From Candidatus Cloacimonadales bacterium (GTDB taxonomy: Bacteria > Cloacimonadota > Cloacimonadia > Cloacimonadales > JAIOQZ01): DNA of 64,000 nucleotides. The position numbers were made by a program, and so were the translations under genes. Positions within the stretch are counted from its first letter, which is position 1. Each line of letters starts with the position of its first letter. Positions 53,190-62,792 of this stretch are shown piece by piece. The notes under the pieces were generated by a model that saw nothing but the letters and a program-made list of their open reading frames with translations, ran no database searches and was not told where the DNA came from. The DNA lies in assembly GCA_963665815.1 (NCBI GenBank), contig OY762463.1:2304001-2368000 (forward strand). Reading direction: 5' to 3'.

Positions 53190-54374
53190 ATGGAAAAACT
53201 TGGTTTTGGTGTCATAACTCGCAATATTGATTCAGTATCTCCATATCAGGAGTTTCTACAGAATGCAAATCGTTTTGATCATTCAATAAATACATTGATT
53301 ATCGCATATAACAATTCCTATGACGAGAATGTTCTGAATACTTTACGTAATTATTGCAATGTTTCAATATTGAAGGTGGGAAAGGCTGGCGACCTGCTTG
53401 GCAAGCTTGTCGAATCAGGCTTATCTGAAGAAGAAAGCTATTACTTGCTGGGGACACCGCATTGGAGACAGTATGGAAAAGCTGCATACTGCAAATCAAG
53501 AAATCATGTGTTGCTTCAGGCTTTGTTTGAAGATGTAGATATTTTGTTGAGTTTTGATACGGATGTTTTTCCCTGTATTGTTCAGAACCACATAGAAAAA
53601 GATATATATAAGTTTGATGAAATTGATTTTACAGGTCATCACCTGAATGTACTGTCATCTGAGAAAGATGCTGTTGTTTCTACCGGAGATTATACAGGAT
53701 ATTTCATTATTCCACATATGGATTTCTATCATCTGGACGATCTTCTTTTTGGTGTTCAGAAAGAGAGTTTTGAGCACTATATTCGAGAAGTACACACGCC
53801 TGTGATTCAACCGCATTATGGGGATAATATTTTTGTTACAAACAAAATTATCGGTGGAAACATGGCAATTGATATCAGAAAGTTCCGATATATTCCTCCT
53901 TTCTTCTCAGCTACAATGATTTACGATGATGAGTGTATGCTGGGAAGAGGTGAAGATACATTATTCGGGCCAATAATCAATCATAACGGTGGTAAATGCT
54001 ACAATGCAAATATAAAACTGTTTCACAATACATTTGGGAATTTCCCTGTTGCACCGGATATTCAGGAACCGAAGATAAAGAACAGATTTTACTATGCCTG
54101 TACAGGCTGGTTAATCAGAAATCCTTTTTACAACTGGCTTCACAAAGACTATATGGGAGAGAACCATGAGATTAATGATTCCAGACGATTAAAGAGACTT
54201 GTACTGGGATCAGAAGCTGCAGCAGAATACTTTCAGGATAAACGATTTCTGAATCTGCCGGATGTGTTTATGAAAGCAAGAGACAATCTTAACAATCAGA
54301 TAGAATGTTTTCACAAAGTTATGGATATCTGGGATAAGCTAAAAAGAAAACTTGGAAAACTAAAAACAAAATAA
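53190..54374 (+). CDS. Putative GT-A fold glycosyltransferase (divergent)
   Basis: SRNHVLL, SFDTD (DxD), KIIGGNMAI and LGRGEDT parallel the motifs of the downstream GT. Confidence 0.55.
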   Translation: MEKLGFGVITRNIDSVSPYQEFLQNANRFDHSINTLIIAYNNSYDENVLNTLRNYCNVSILKVGKAGDLLGKLVESGLSEEESYYLLGTPHWRQYGKAAYCKSRNHVLLQALFEDVDILLSFDTDVFPCIVQNHIEKDIYKFDEIDFTGHHLNVLSSEKDAVVSTGDYTGYFIIPHMDFYHLDDLLFGVQKESFEHYIREVHTPVIQPHYGDNIFVTNKIIGGNMAIDIRKFRYIPPFFSATMIYDDECMLGRGEDTLFGPIINHNGGKCYNANIKLFHNTFGNFPVAPDIQEPKIKNRFYYACTGWLIRNPFYNWLHKDYMGENHEINDSRRLKRLVLGSEAAAEYFQDKRFLNLPDVFMKARDNLNNQIECFHKVMDIWDKLKRKLGKLKTK

Positions 54375-54385
54375 ATGGAGAAGTT

Positions 54386-56125
54386 ATGAGAACTTATATG
54401 GTAATACCTACATACTGGTCGGGACCTGACGGAAGCTGGGAACAGGGAGACGCAATCTATGATCATCCTACTCCGGTAAATAAAATGGGTACCCTGAACA
54501 GAACTCTGGAATCTATACATAATCTCAATCATAAAGACTTTACTTTAGTAATACTGGGAGCTGTAACAAATCAGATTTATGAGAAGGCAATGAGAGAAAA
54601 CCTGATTCAAATTATTCGGAAAGCTAATCTACCGGTAGACACAATCCTGTTTACAGATACTTCTCTGAATAAGCTGAAAGAAGTGTTCTATAAAGATCTT
54701 GACGCTCCTGATATCCTACAACTCAGAGGATACTCTAACATAAGAAACATGTGTCTGTTCATTCCATATATTCTTGATGCCGAAGTTGCAATCCTGATCG
54801 ATGATGATGAAGTTTTTGAAGATCCTGATTTCTTGCTGAAATCACGTGAATTTATAGGTAAAAGATACTATGGAAACATGATTGACGGTGTAGCAGGTTA
54901 TTACCTGAATGAAGATAATCAATACTACGATAAAGTAAGTATTGTTCCCTGGATGACATACTGGGATCGTTTCGGGCACAAAAGAGAAGCTTTCGACAAA
55001 ATTATTGGTTCTGAACCAAGACTGAAGCGTACTCCATTTGCATTTGGAGGAGCTATGGTCATACACCGAAACCTTATGAGAACAGTCCCATTTGATCCTC
55101 TTATGACCCGTGGTGAAGATACAGATTATGTAATCAGCTCAAGGATTTTCGGATTCAATTTCTATCTCGACAATAAATTGTCTATTAAGCACCTGCCGCC
55201 CAAAAAGAACCATCCAGTCTGGAGAAGATTCCGGGAGGATATTTACAGGTTCCTTTATAACAAGTCAAAATTCGATAACCAGAAACCGCACAAAAATTTG
55301 CACATGGTAAAAGCTTCTGATTTTGATCCATACCCCGGGGAATTCATGAAGGATGACCTGGAAGACAAGATATTTAAAACGAATATCATGCTTGCTCTGG
55401 ATTATCTTACTGATAATGAGATAGAACATGCCAAAGAGACAATCAGGAACATCTATGTTGCCAAGTATGATGCTATCCCTCATTATGATACATTCGACAA
55501 ATATCTGGAGTTCCAGAAAACATGGAGAAAACATCTGGAGCATACAAAGTTATTCGGTTCAATTCTCAAGGATCTCATTACAATGGAAAAAATCGTCAGC
55601 CATGATGTTTTCGAAAACGAGAAGAAAAGCTTTTTTGAAGATGGTGGACTTGATCATGATTTTGCTATAGAGAACATAGAATTATTCAATGATTTCACCA
55701 AGAAAGAGATACGAAAGTTTTTGAAAACAAAGAATATAATTAAGTATAACAAAGGGGATACTGTCTTCAATTGCGGAGAAGTAAATGATGCTGTATATAT
55801 TATACTTGACGGAGTTGTCCAATTATTTAAAAATAAAGGAGACAATGAACCTGTTCTTATGCTTGAAATGTTCAGAGGTGAGCACTTCAATGAAACATCA
55901 ATTTTTGTTTCCGGAGAAAGAAATGTAACAGTGACAGCGAAAACAGATGCAGTATTGATGAAAATAGATAAAAAAGAGTTGCTGGCAATTTTTGATAAAG
56001 ATAAGACTCTGGCAACAAAAGTTTTGTGGAAGCTTGCCAAGAAACTTGGATCCAGGTTGTCGGAAACAACATCGATGTATGCGATATCAAGAAAACAGGA
56101 CTTTGACGTATCTGATACAATGTAA
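54386..56125 (+). CDS. GT2-like glycosyltransferase fused to a C-terminal cyclic-nucleotide-binding domain
   Basis: VIPTY, GYSNIRN, IDDDE, FGGAMVI, RGEDTDY; C-terminal YNKGDTVF..GE..DAVYIILDG.V...GEHFNETSIF...RNVTVTA. Confidence 0.8.
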   Translation: MRTYMVIPTYWSGPDGSWEQGDAIYDHPTPVNKMGTLNRTLESIHNLNHKDFTLVILGAVTNQIYEKAMRENLIQIIRKANLPVDTILFTDTSLNKLKEVFYKDLDAPDILQLRGYSNIRNMCLFIPYILDAEVAILIDDDEVFEDPDFLLKSREFIGKRYYGNMIDGVAGYYLNEDNQYYDKVSIVPWMTYWDRFGHKREAFDKIIGSEPRLKRTPFAFGGAMVIHRNLMRTVPFDPLMTRGEDTDYVISSRIFGFNFYLDNKLSIKHLPPKKNHPVWRRFREDIYRFLYNKSKFDNQKPHKNLHMVKASDFDPYPGEFMKDDLEDKIFKTNIMLALDYLTDNEIEHAKETIRNIYVAKYDAIPHYDTFDKYLEFQKTWRKHLEHTKLFGSILKDLITMEKIVSHDVFENEKKSFFEDGGLDHDFAIENIELFNDFTKKEIRKFLKTKNIIKYNKGDTVFNCGEVNDAVYIILDGVVQLFKNKGDNEPVLMLEMFRGEHFNETSIFVSGERNVTVTAKTDAVLMKIDKKELLAIFDKDKTLATKVLWKLAKKLGSRLSETTSMYAISRKQDFDVSDTM

Positions 56126-56197
56126 CATTGTACCTACTTTCAGGTTGTTGTAAATGAGAGAAATGTTAAAATCAGGAATTCATTAAGGGAGTTGTAT

Positions 56198-57394
56198 ATG
56201 AAAGTATTGCTTGTTAATCACTTCCCACTTCAGGGATCAGGCAGTGGTATTTATACAATGAATATTGCTAAAGAGCTTCTCAATGAAGGACATAAGGTAT
56301 TTGTTATAGATATCGATAACCACATGGAAGTGAATGATAATTACGGATTCCTGAGAGAAACTATCATCTGCGATGCTGAGAAAAATCAGTTCCCGGATTT
56401 GAATTTTAATTTTCCCTGCTTCACTACTCATCCCAGAAGTACAATGACTTATTACGATCTGACTCCTGCGCAGATCAGGACTTATGTCTCAATATACTGC
56501 GAGAAAGTTCAGGCTGTCGTTCAGGATTTTCAGCCGGATATTATACATGCTCAGCACATCTGGGTTGCTCCCTTTGCAGCAGCAACAACCAGACTTCCTT
56601 TTATAATAACCGCTCATGGTACAGACCTGATGGGATTCAAAAAAGATGCACGATACCACCCTTATGCCATGGAAGGTATAAACAGAGCTTTCAAGGTAAT
56701 TACCATTTCCAAGCAGGTACATGAAGATGTGAAAGAACTGTACGGCGTTGGAGAAGATAAGCTTTTCCTGAATCCGAATGGTTTTGATGATTCCATATTC
56801 CATTTCAGACAGACTGACAAAAAAGCTATGATGAAAAAGTTCGGGATTCCGGATAAGTTTACCAAGATCGTCAGTTTTGTCGGAAAGTTTACAGATTTTA
56901 AAGGAATAGATGTCCTGATCAATGCTGCTGATGTTGTGAAAATGAAACACCCGGAAGTTGCTTTTGCTCTTGCCGGAGACGGTGGTCTCAGAAGCGATAT
57001 GGAAGAGCTTGTTCGTGAACTGAAACTGGATAATATTTTCTTCCTGGGGCACCAGAACCAGAACACAATTGCTGATTTATACAGTATTGCTGAACTTTCT
57101 GTAGTGCCATCCAGAGTTGAGCCTTTCGGGCTTGTAGCAATAGAAGCAATGGCTTGCGGAACACCTGTTGTAGCTACTAATGCCGGAGGTTTACCTGATT
57201 TTGTGCATGATAAAGTCGGACGTCTGGTAGAAATGAACGATATGCTCGGGCTGGCGTATGCTATTGTAGATGAACTGGAAGCCGGCACCAAGATAACCAA
57301 AGGAAGAGTAGCAGCTTTATCCGCAATTGAGAATTACTCATGGAGAAAGACACTGCAGAATGTTGTTAAGCTGTATGAAAATGCTTTGAAGTAA
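56198..57394 (+). CDS. GT4-family (GT-B) glycosyltransferase
   Basis: GSGSG, PDIIHAQH, TAHGTD, FVGK...KG, PSRVEPFGLVAIEAMACGTPVV. Confidence 0.92.
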   Translation: MKVLLVNHFPLQGSGSGIYTMNIAKELLNEGHKVFVIDIDNHMEVNDNYGFLRETIICDAEKNQFPDLNFNFPCFTTHPRSTMTYYDLTPAQIRTYVSIYCEKVQAVVQDFQPDIIHAQHIWVAPFAAATTRLPFIITAHGTDLMGFKKDARYHPYAMEGINRAFKVITISKQVHEDVKELYGVGEDKLFLNPNGFDDSIFHFRQTDKKAMMKKFGIPDKFTKIVSFVGKFTDFKGIDVLINAADVVKMKHPEVAFALAGDGGLRSDMEELVRELKLDNIFFLGHQNQNTIADLYSIAELSVVPSRVEPFGLVAIEAMACGTPVVATNAGGLPDFVHDKVGRLVEMNDMLGLAYAIVDELEAGTKITKGRVAALSAIENYSWRKTLQNVVKLYENALK

Positions 57395-57548
57395 AAAAAA
57401 GCAAAATAAACAATTTAAAATGGTAATACTGAAGAACTTTATTAGTTATATTTAATGAGTACTTATAAAATTAAACTGAGCAGATAAAGAAAATAAGTAC
57501 TGAAGAAAAAAAAATTGACAAAAAATCTTAAAATAATATATTTAACGA

Positions 57549-57657
57549 TATAAAACTGAAATTTTAGAGTAAATCTCAATTATAGTTGAAAGACCCAACT
57601 AGCTCTAATGTCTCAATGTACACCCAACAAAAAAGAGCAGGCCCAACCTGCTCTTTT
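57549..57657 (+). ncRNA. Candidate small RNA (~110 nt)
   Basis: Preceded by TTGACA (57515) and TATATT (57537); internal stems TTAGAG/CTCTAA and TAGTTG/CAACTA; ends in a strong terminator. Confidence 0.3.
57631..57657 (+). terminator. Intrinsic terminator (bidirectional-capable)
   Basis: AAAAGAGCAGG-cccaa-CCTGCTCTTTT. Confidence 0.8.
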
Positions 57658-57763
57658 CTATTTTATACTCTTTCATTTCTTTTGCTTGTACGAGGAAGAT
57701 ATACTTTTACCAAGCAAGAAAAGTCTATTATGTTGTTGATAAGTTATGATAATATAATATCAC

Positions 57764-57960
57764 TTCATTTTCTTTGGTGACAAAGAAAACGAAGCAAAAG
57801 AACAATTGTAATAGTTGATGAAATTGTAAATTTCATCGAAAAGTACTCCTTTTCAAAATGTATTTCCAGCAAGCTGGAACCATAAATCTCCCCTGAAATC
57901 CTTCAAAGGCTTCAGGATTTCTTAACGGGAAAATTCATTATACAGAGAAAAGGAGAAAAT
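57764..57960. repeat. ~197-bp dispersed repeat, relative of the MITE interior 26251-26444
   Basis: Colinear with 26251-26444, sharing GTTGATGAAATTGTAAATTTCATC, AAAATGTATTTCCAG and GGCTTCAGGATTTCTTAACGG. Confidence 0.85.
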
Positions 57961-57979
57961 ACAACAAAACCTGTCATTT

Positions 57980-58927
57980 CTATTCAATAACAAATTTATA
58001 AACAAGTCCTTCATCAATCATGGGAATCCAGGCTGCATTGCCAGTTAAATCCCAATTATAATAGATCAGAGATTTCTTCTCTCCCATATCGAGATACCAC
58101 TTTCTTTGTACTTTGTTGTTTTTGTAATAGTATAAATAGCTGATTTCCCGCTTATTATCCCAATTATATGTTATGGGTTGTACAAATCCTTCTTTATACT
58201 GGTAAGGTTTTCCATAAATCGTGGTTGTGGCATCTTCTATGATTTCTGGGGTTTCTAAACTTTGATTGAGTATTTTCCCTGTGTTATCTATAAGAACCTT
58301 ATATGGAGCAAACCTCATTGCAACCAGAAGATTGTCATCTATTGTATTGAAGCTGTACCATCTGTTAAGCTTATTATTATCTTCGTATTTTAATCCATAG
58401 GTTTCCGAAGCCCACCCATGTACATCAAAAATATCTTTCAACGAATCACCTTCAATAATAAATATTTTTGAACCGGGAGCAACAGGGAACCTTGAACCAT
58501 AGAGTGTATTTATACCACCCTCAATGAAAAAAGCAAGATCAGACTTGAATAATCTTTTATATTCTCCGTCTGTATTGAATACAGATATTCTGCTGTTATA
58601 ATTATCTGCGATATATAGTTGATTTTTAAATACTTCAATATCAGCAAACTTGGCAAATTCACCCGGACCCTTTCCTCTCTTTCCAAATTTGTACCGAAAA
58701 TCAAGACTCTCTTCATCAAAAACAAGTATTTCAAAACTTCCTGCATTTCCGGCAAACAGTTTTCCATCGTGATTTTCAATATTACCAATAAACTTGAAGA
58801 AAAAATCCTCACTTTCCTGCCAACCGAGAGAGTCAACCGGAGAGAGTGTTGTTAGTTTTGAGTTGCTTCTTGAGCAACTGACAGTCAAAAGTAATATTAT
58901 TGTTATTAGTAGTATTGTTTTTTTCAT
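57980..58927 (-). CDS. Six-bladed beta-propeller (NHL-like) lipoprotein
   Basis: Lipobox LTVSC; FGKRGKGPGEF, LYIADNYNSRISVFNTDGEY. Confidence 0.8.
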   Translation of the reverse strand: MKKTILLITIILLLTVSCSRSNSKLTTLSPVDSLGWQESEDFFFKFIGNIENHDGKLFAGNAGSFEILVFDEESLDFRYKFGKRGKGPGEFAKFADIEVFKNQLYIADNYNSRISVFNTDGEYKRLFKSDLAFFIEGGINTLYGSRFPVAPGSKIFIIEGDSLKDIFDVHGWASETYGLKYEDNNKLNRWYSFNTIDDNLLVAMRFAPYKVLIDNTGKILNQSLETPEIIEDATTTIYGKPYQYKEGFVQPITYNWDNKREISYLYYYKNNKVQRKWYLDMGEKKSLIYYNWDLTGNAAWIPMIDEGLVYKFVIE

Positions 58928-59970
58928 AATTCCACCTCCAACAACTCCAGTCCGGATGTAGCCATATCTTCCAGAAGCCGCATCATTATTTTGTTATCTG
59001 AGCAATAAACTGCATTGGCTTTTTCAGAAACCAGGACTGATCCTTTATATTTACCGTTAAGATCAAAGAAATGCAATACGTCGTTTTCTATATTGTAAGG
59101 AGCAAGGACTATAAAGCTGTCCTCAGTAAAATCGACATCTGCAAACCCAAAGAAATATTTGGGAATATCACTGAATCGCCAGTTAGAGTTACCTGATTTG
59201 ACTTGTTTACTCCATTCTTCCAGATCATTAATTGATTTCTCATTCCTGTTAATCTTCTTTATAGGCTGATCAATCACTACCTTCTTTTCACCATCTGTGT
59301 TTACAGAATATATCTTAATTCTGTCATTCTCTTTGTCGGATATATACAGCATCCCGTTAAGTCTGTTAAACTTATAATAATAGTCAGGATAGAACGAGTA
59401 GTAAAACTGATCATAAATCTCATCGTAAATCGTGTAGATATTTTTAACTATATTCAAATCTTTGTCAATTTCGTTGAATTCGGTTTTCTGGTTGTAGTGA
59501 TCCTCTTTTTTATAGAACATGTTTTCCACTGAATACAGATGGTTGTCATACTCAAAGATATCAAATCTGTTAAGAACGGAATCTCGATTTATTTTTACAT
59601 TTCTGAGAAATTCTCCTTTCTTGTTGAATACTACCAGGCATTTCTTCTGTCTGTCTACAATGCAGTATTCATTATCCGTTATACAGAATTTATTGAATAC
59701 TGATATTTCTCCGGGACCTTCTCCTTTTTTGCCAAACTTGCAGATAACATTCCCTTCAGTGTCAAGAACAGTAACATAATTCTCAATGCCATTTGTAACT
59801 ATCAGTTTATCATTATCATAATGACAACTATGAAACAGACCCGAAGTTTCCTCATTCAGATATAGTATTCTCTTAAGGTTAATATTGAATTCAGGCTGCA
59901 GGTCATTTTTTTTACTCGTACAGGAAAGTAAAAGAAGAGAAATAAGTATAAGTATAATAATTTTTTTCAT
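58924..59970 (-). CDS. Six-bladed beta-propeller lipoprotein
   Basis: Lipobox LLLSC; FGKKGEGPGEI, VFNKKGEF. Confidence 0.8.
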   Translation of the reverse strand: MKKIIILILISLLLLSCTSKKNDLQPEFNINLKRILYLNEETSGLFHSCHYDNDKLIVTNGIENYVTVLDTEGNVICKFGKKGEGPGEISVFNKFCITDNEYCIVDRQKKCLVVFNKKGEFLRNVKINRDSVLNRFDIFEYDNHLYSVENMFYKKEDHYNQKTEFNEIDKDLNIVKNIYTIYDEIYDQFYYSFYPDYYYKFNRLNGMLYISDKENDRIKIYSVNTDGEKKVVIDQPIKKINRNEKSINDLEEWSKQVKSGNSNWRFSDIPKYFFGFADVDFTEDSFIVLAPYNIENDVLHFFDLNGKYKGSVLVSEKANAVYCSDNKIMMRLLEDMATSGLELLEVEL

Positions 59971-59979
59971 AATTCCTCC

Positions 59980-61116
59980 TTACAATCCATCCACGGTAAT
60001 GTCATATATTTTTATATTGTTTAACTCGTAATTATATTCAAAAATCAGGTTATCCTTAACTATAATCTTTGTGTTTTGAACATCCTCCGGAGATGAGTAC
60101 TTTCTCTCAATAGTATTGATATACACTCCATCAGAATAAAGGTTGAGGTATAATGTGGAATACTCATAGCTTCTGGAAACGGAGACAAATAGATTGTACT
60201 TATCAATAAAACCAATTGTTCTCCATACTCTTTTCTCAAACCACAAAGGATTTTCTTTCACCGATTCCTCTCCATTTATATCCACAATGATTTTCTGTTC
60301 TTCCCTGCTTCTGCCGGGAATGAAGCCCTGTCGTTTAAATGTATACTTGAAGTTTAACAGCTTATCATATACGTCAAAGCTCGGTTCATAATTGTTGCTG
60401 ATTCCTATAATCAATTCATTATCATTAATCACTGTCATTTTCTTGAAGTATTCACCGGAAAGCATCAGTTGGTAGGCTTCCAATTCCAGTTTAAGAATAC
60501 CAGAGTCTTCCAGTTCTCCATTCAGTTTTTTAACTGTATACTGCGTTTTGAGACCGTTATCGCTTACAATTAGCTTTTCACCCATGATGAAGATACTGTC
60601 GTCCCCACAGTTATTATAAATCTGGTTCTCAATCTGCCCTAATCTCGTAAAGTCCATGGTGCTTTTAACAAGCTCAAGGTTCTTATCAATAATAACTATT
60701 TTGCCAAGATTATCGAACAAGTAGATATACTCTGAGACATGAATAACCGCATATTCCTCAAATTCCCCCGGACCGGAACCTTTGAAACATTTACTCTTCA
60801 GTAATTTCCCCTTATTATCAAAAATATATAGTTTTAAATCATGGGCATTCCAGACGTAATACTTGTTATCGTTGAATGAGATATCCGTCATTCTGAAAAA
60901 AGTGGTCTCATCGGGGTGTTCTTCAGTATATCCTTGAATTTCAAGAACAGGTTTGAGCTCAACTTTAAGATCGGGTTTAGCAGGTTCTCCTGTATTGGTG
61001 ATTACTTTTCTACCATCAATATTGCTGATCTCGTAAGAAAGAGTCTTTCTGCTGCAGCTTAAGAATGTAATAGCTACTATCAGAATCAGGGATAAAGTAC
61101 AGAGTCCCGATTTCAT
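59980..61116 (-). CDS. Six-bladed beta-propeller lipoprotein
   Basis: Lipobox TFLSC; IFDNKGKL, KGSGPGEF. Confidence 0.75.
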   Translation of the reverse strand: MKSGLCTLSLILIVAITFLSCSRKTLSYEISNIDGRKVITNTGEPAKPDLKVELKPVLEIQGYTEEHPDETTFFRMTDISFNDNKYYVWNAHDLKLYIFDNKGKLLKSKCFKGSGPGEFEEYAVIHVSEYIYLFDNLGKIVIIDKNLELVKSTMDFTRLGQIENQIYNNCGDDSIFIMGEKLIVSDNGLKTQYTVKKLNGELEDSGILKLELEAYQLMLSGEYFKKMTVINDNELIIGISNNYEPSFDVYDKLLNFKYTFKRQGFIPGRSREEQKIIVDINGEESVKENPLWFEKRVWRTIGFIDKYNLFVSVSRSYEYSTLYLNLYSDGVYINTIERKYSSPEDVQNTKIIVKDNLIFEYNYELNNIKIYDITVDGL

Positions 61117-61482
61117 TGAACCTCTTTTGTCTTAGTTATAAATCACATCTACTGCCCGGTGGAATCATGTATTAATAGTAACTCCACTCCAGCATAAAAA
61201 TCTCATTAACAAAACCAAAGTAAACAAATCATGAGTGAGTCGTCAAAATAAAACTTAAAAAAGCTTTAAATATATTCACTTTGAATTAACAAGAGTTGCT
61301 GGTCTGCTTGGTTTGCTCCACCCTGTGAACCGTTCTCTTTTCCCTCCCGGACTCGGTGAATCATCTTGCCTTTTCTGATTGTTATTCATCAAAAAGGTTC
61401 TAACAGAAATATAACTACAATAGCTATTAGTTTCCTGCTTAGAGATTTCGGCATGTTTTTCCCTGTGTAATGCAATTTTTAG

Positions 61483-62613
61483 CTACATATCCTCATCATC
61501 AAGATCAATATCCGGATAGAGTTTTTTTGCACAATCAGGGCAGATTCCGTGTGTAAGATCAGCATCAGAATTATCTCTGATATAGCGTTCCAGCTGATTC
61601 CAGTACCCATTATCATCACGAATCTTTTTACAGACACTGCAAATAGGGATAATACCCTGTAATCTTTTGATTTTTGAAAATGCATTCTGCAAGTCAGTTT
61701 TGAACTTTTTGATCATCAGCATCAGGATCACTCCTGATATAATCAACAGTACAATATATATTGAGACAATCCAGACATAAAGAACCATCAAATCGCTATA
61801 GTGCGGATTTAAATCGTGTTCTACATACATTGTCCAACCAAGATCTTTCAGCTTATTCTTGTTTATTGAAATTCTGTTGAGACCAAATCTGTTAGTTTCT
61901 TTTAAATCTTTGCTTTCATTCTTGCTGTTATACAGCTTATACCAGGAATGTTTTTCGGCTTCAGTATTGATATACTCATTAGATGATGAAAGAATACACA
62001 CACCTGTCTGATTTACAAAATGAACTGATTCACTGTATTTTTTTTCATACTCCTGCAATGCTTTAACAATATTATTCAGTTCTACGGCAGTCCCAACAAA
62101 AGCAAGGAGTTTACCTGAATCATCATGTACAGCAACATCTGTATATAGAAATGGTTTGTTTTTATCTCCATAGTGATAGCCTACATCAGAAAGAAATGTT
62201 ATTTTATTCTCAAGTAAAATGAAAAACCATTCACCATCCGGAGTTTCTTTTGTGATATTAATACTTGTACTGTCAGAGAAGTAATAATTATGAGTAATTG
62301 CAGATGCAACGAAAAAAGAAAACCCCCAGGATTTTTTCATCCTTCCAAGATAATTGAAAATTAAATCCTTATCATTTTCTCCCTTATCCAGCCAATCCAT
62401 GAGAAATTCATTGTCACTCATTGCTCTAGAAATATGAACTGGCAGCTGTAGCTCATTTATTATATTATTCATACTTTCAAGTTTTTCCAACTCAACTTTA
62501 TTCCTGAAAACAAAGTACTTCTCACCAGAAAAAAAAGCAATGGCAGCACTTATAAATACTACAGAAAACATGATTGCAAACATAGCAATCCAGTATTTCC
62601 TTATGTCTTTCAA
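61483..62613 (-). CDS. Two-TM Cache-like sensor with C-terminal Cys-rich (zinc-ribbon-like) tail
   Basis: TM, periplasmic region (PDGEWFF, DDSGKLLAFVG, FVNQTG, LGWTMYV), TM, then IPICSVCKKIRDDNGYWNQLERYI...THGICPDC. Confidence 0.75.
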   Translation of the reverse strand: MKDIRKYWIAMFAIMFSVVFISAAIAFFSGEKYFVFRNKVELEKLESMNNIINELQLPVHISRAMSDNEFLMDWLDKGENDKDLIFNYLGRMKKSWGFSFFVASAITHNYYFSDSTSINITKETPDGEWFFILLENKITFLSDVGYHYGDKNKPFLYTDVAVHDDSGKLLAFVGTAVELNNIVKALQEYEKKYSESVHFVNQTGVCILSSSNEYINTEAEKHSWYKLYNSKNESKDLKETNRFGLNRISINKNKLKDLGWTMYVEHDLNPHYSDLMVLYVWIVSIYIVLLIISGVILMLMIKKFKTDLQNAFSKIKRLQGIIPICSVCKKIRDDNGYWNQLERYIRDNSDADLTHGICPDCAKKLYPDIDLDDEDM

Positions 62614-62736
62614 TTATCTCCTCCGGAAGAAACAAAAGGATTATTGAGTAAATTATGTCACTTCATACTAAATTTATATATACATAATAAGGATGATTGC
62701 GAAAAAAGCTAATAATAGCTTCATAGATTGAGAAAA

Positions 62737-62768
62737 GACTCAGATTACTTTTTCAGCTATCTGAGTCC
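62737..62768 (-). terminator. Putative terminator hairpin
   Basis: Stem GACTCAGAT...ATCTGAGTC just downstream of the 62793 stop. Confidence 0.45.
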
Positions 62769-62792
62769 TTAACATCTTATAATTCATTTTAC

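Noticed and set aside
57586-57780. 64-aa ORF in the track
   Set aside because: TTG start without an RBS; it reads through a terminator and into a repeat.
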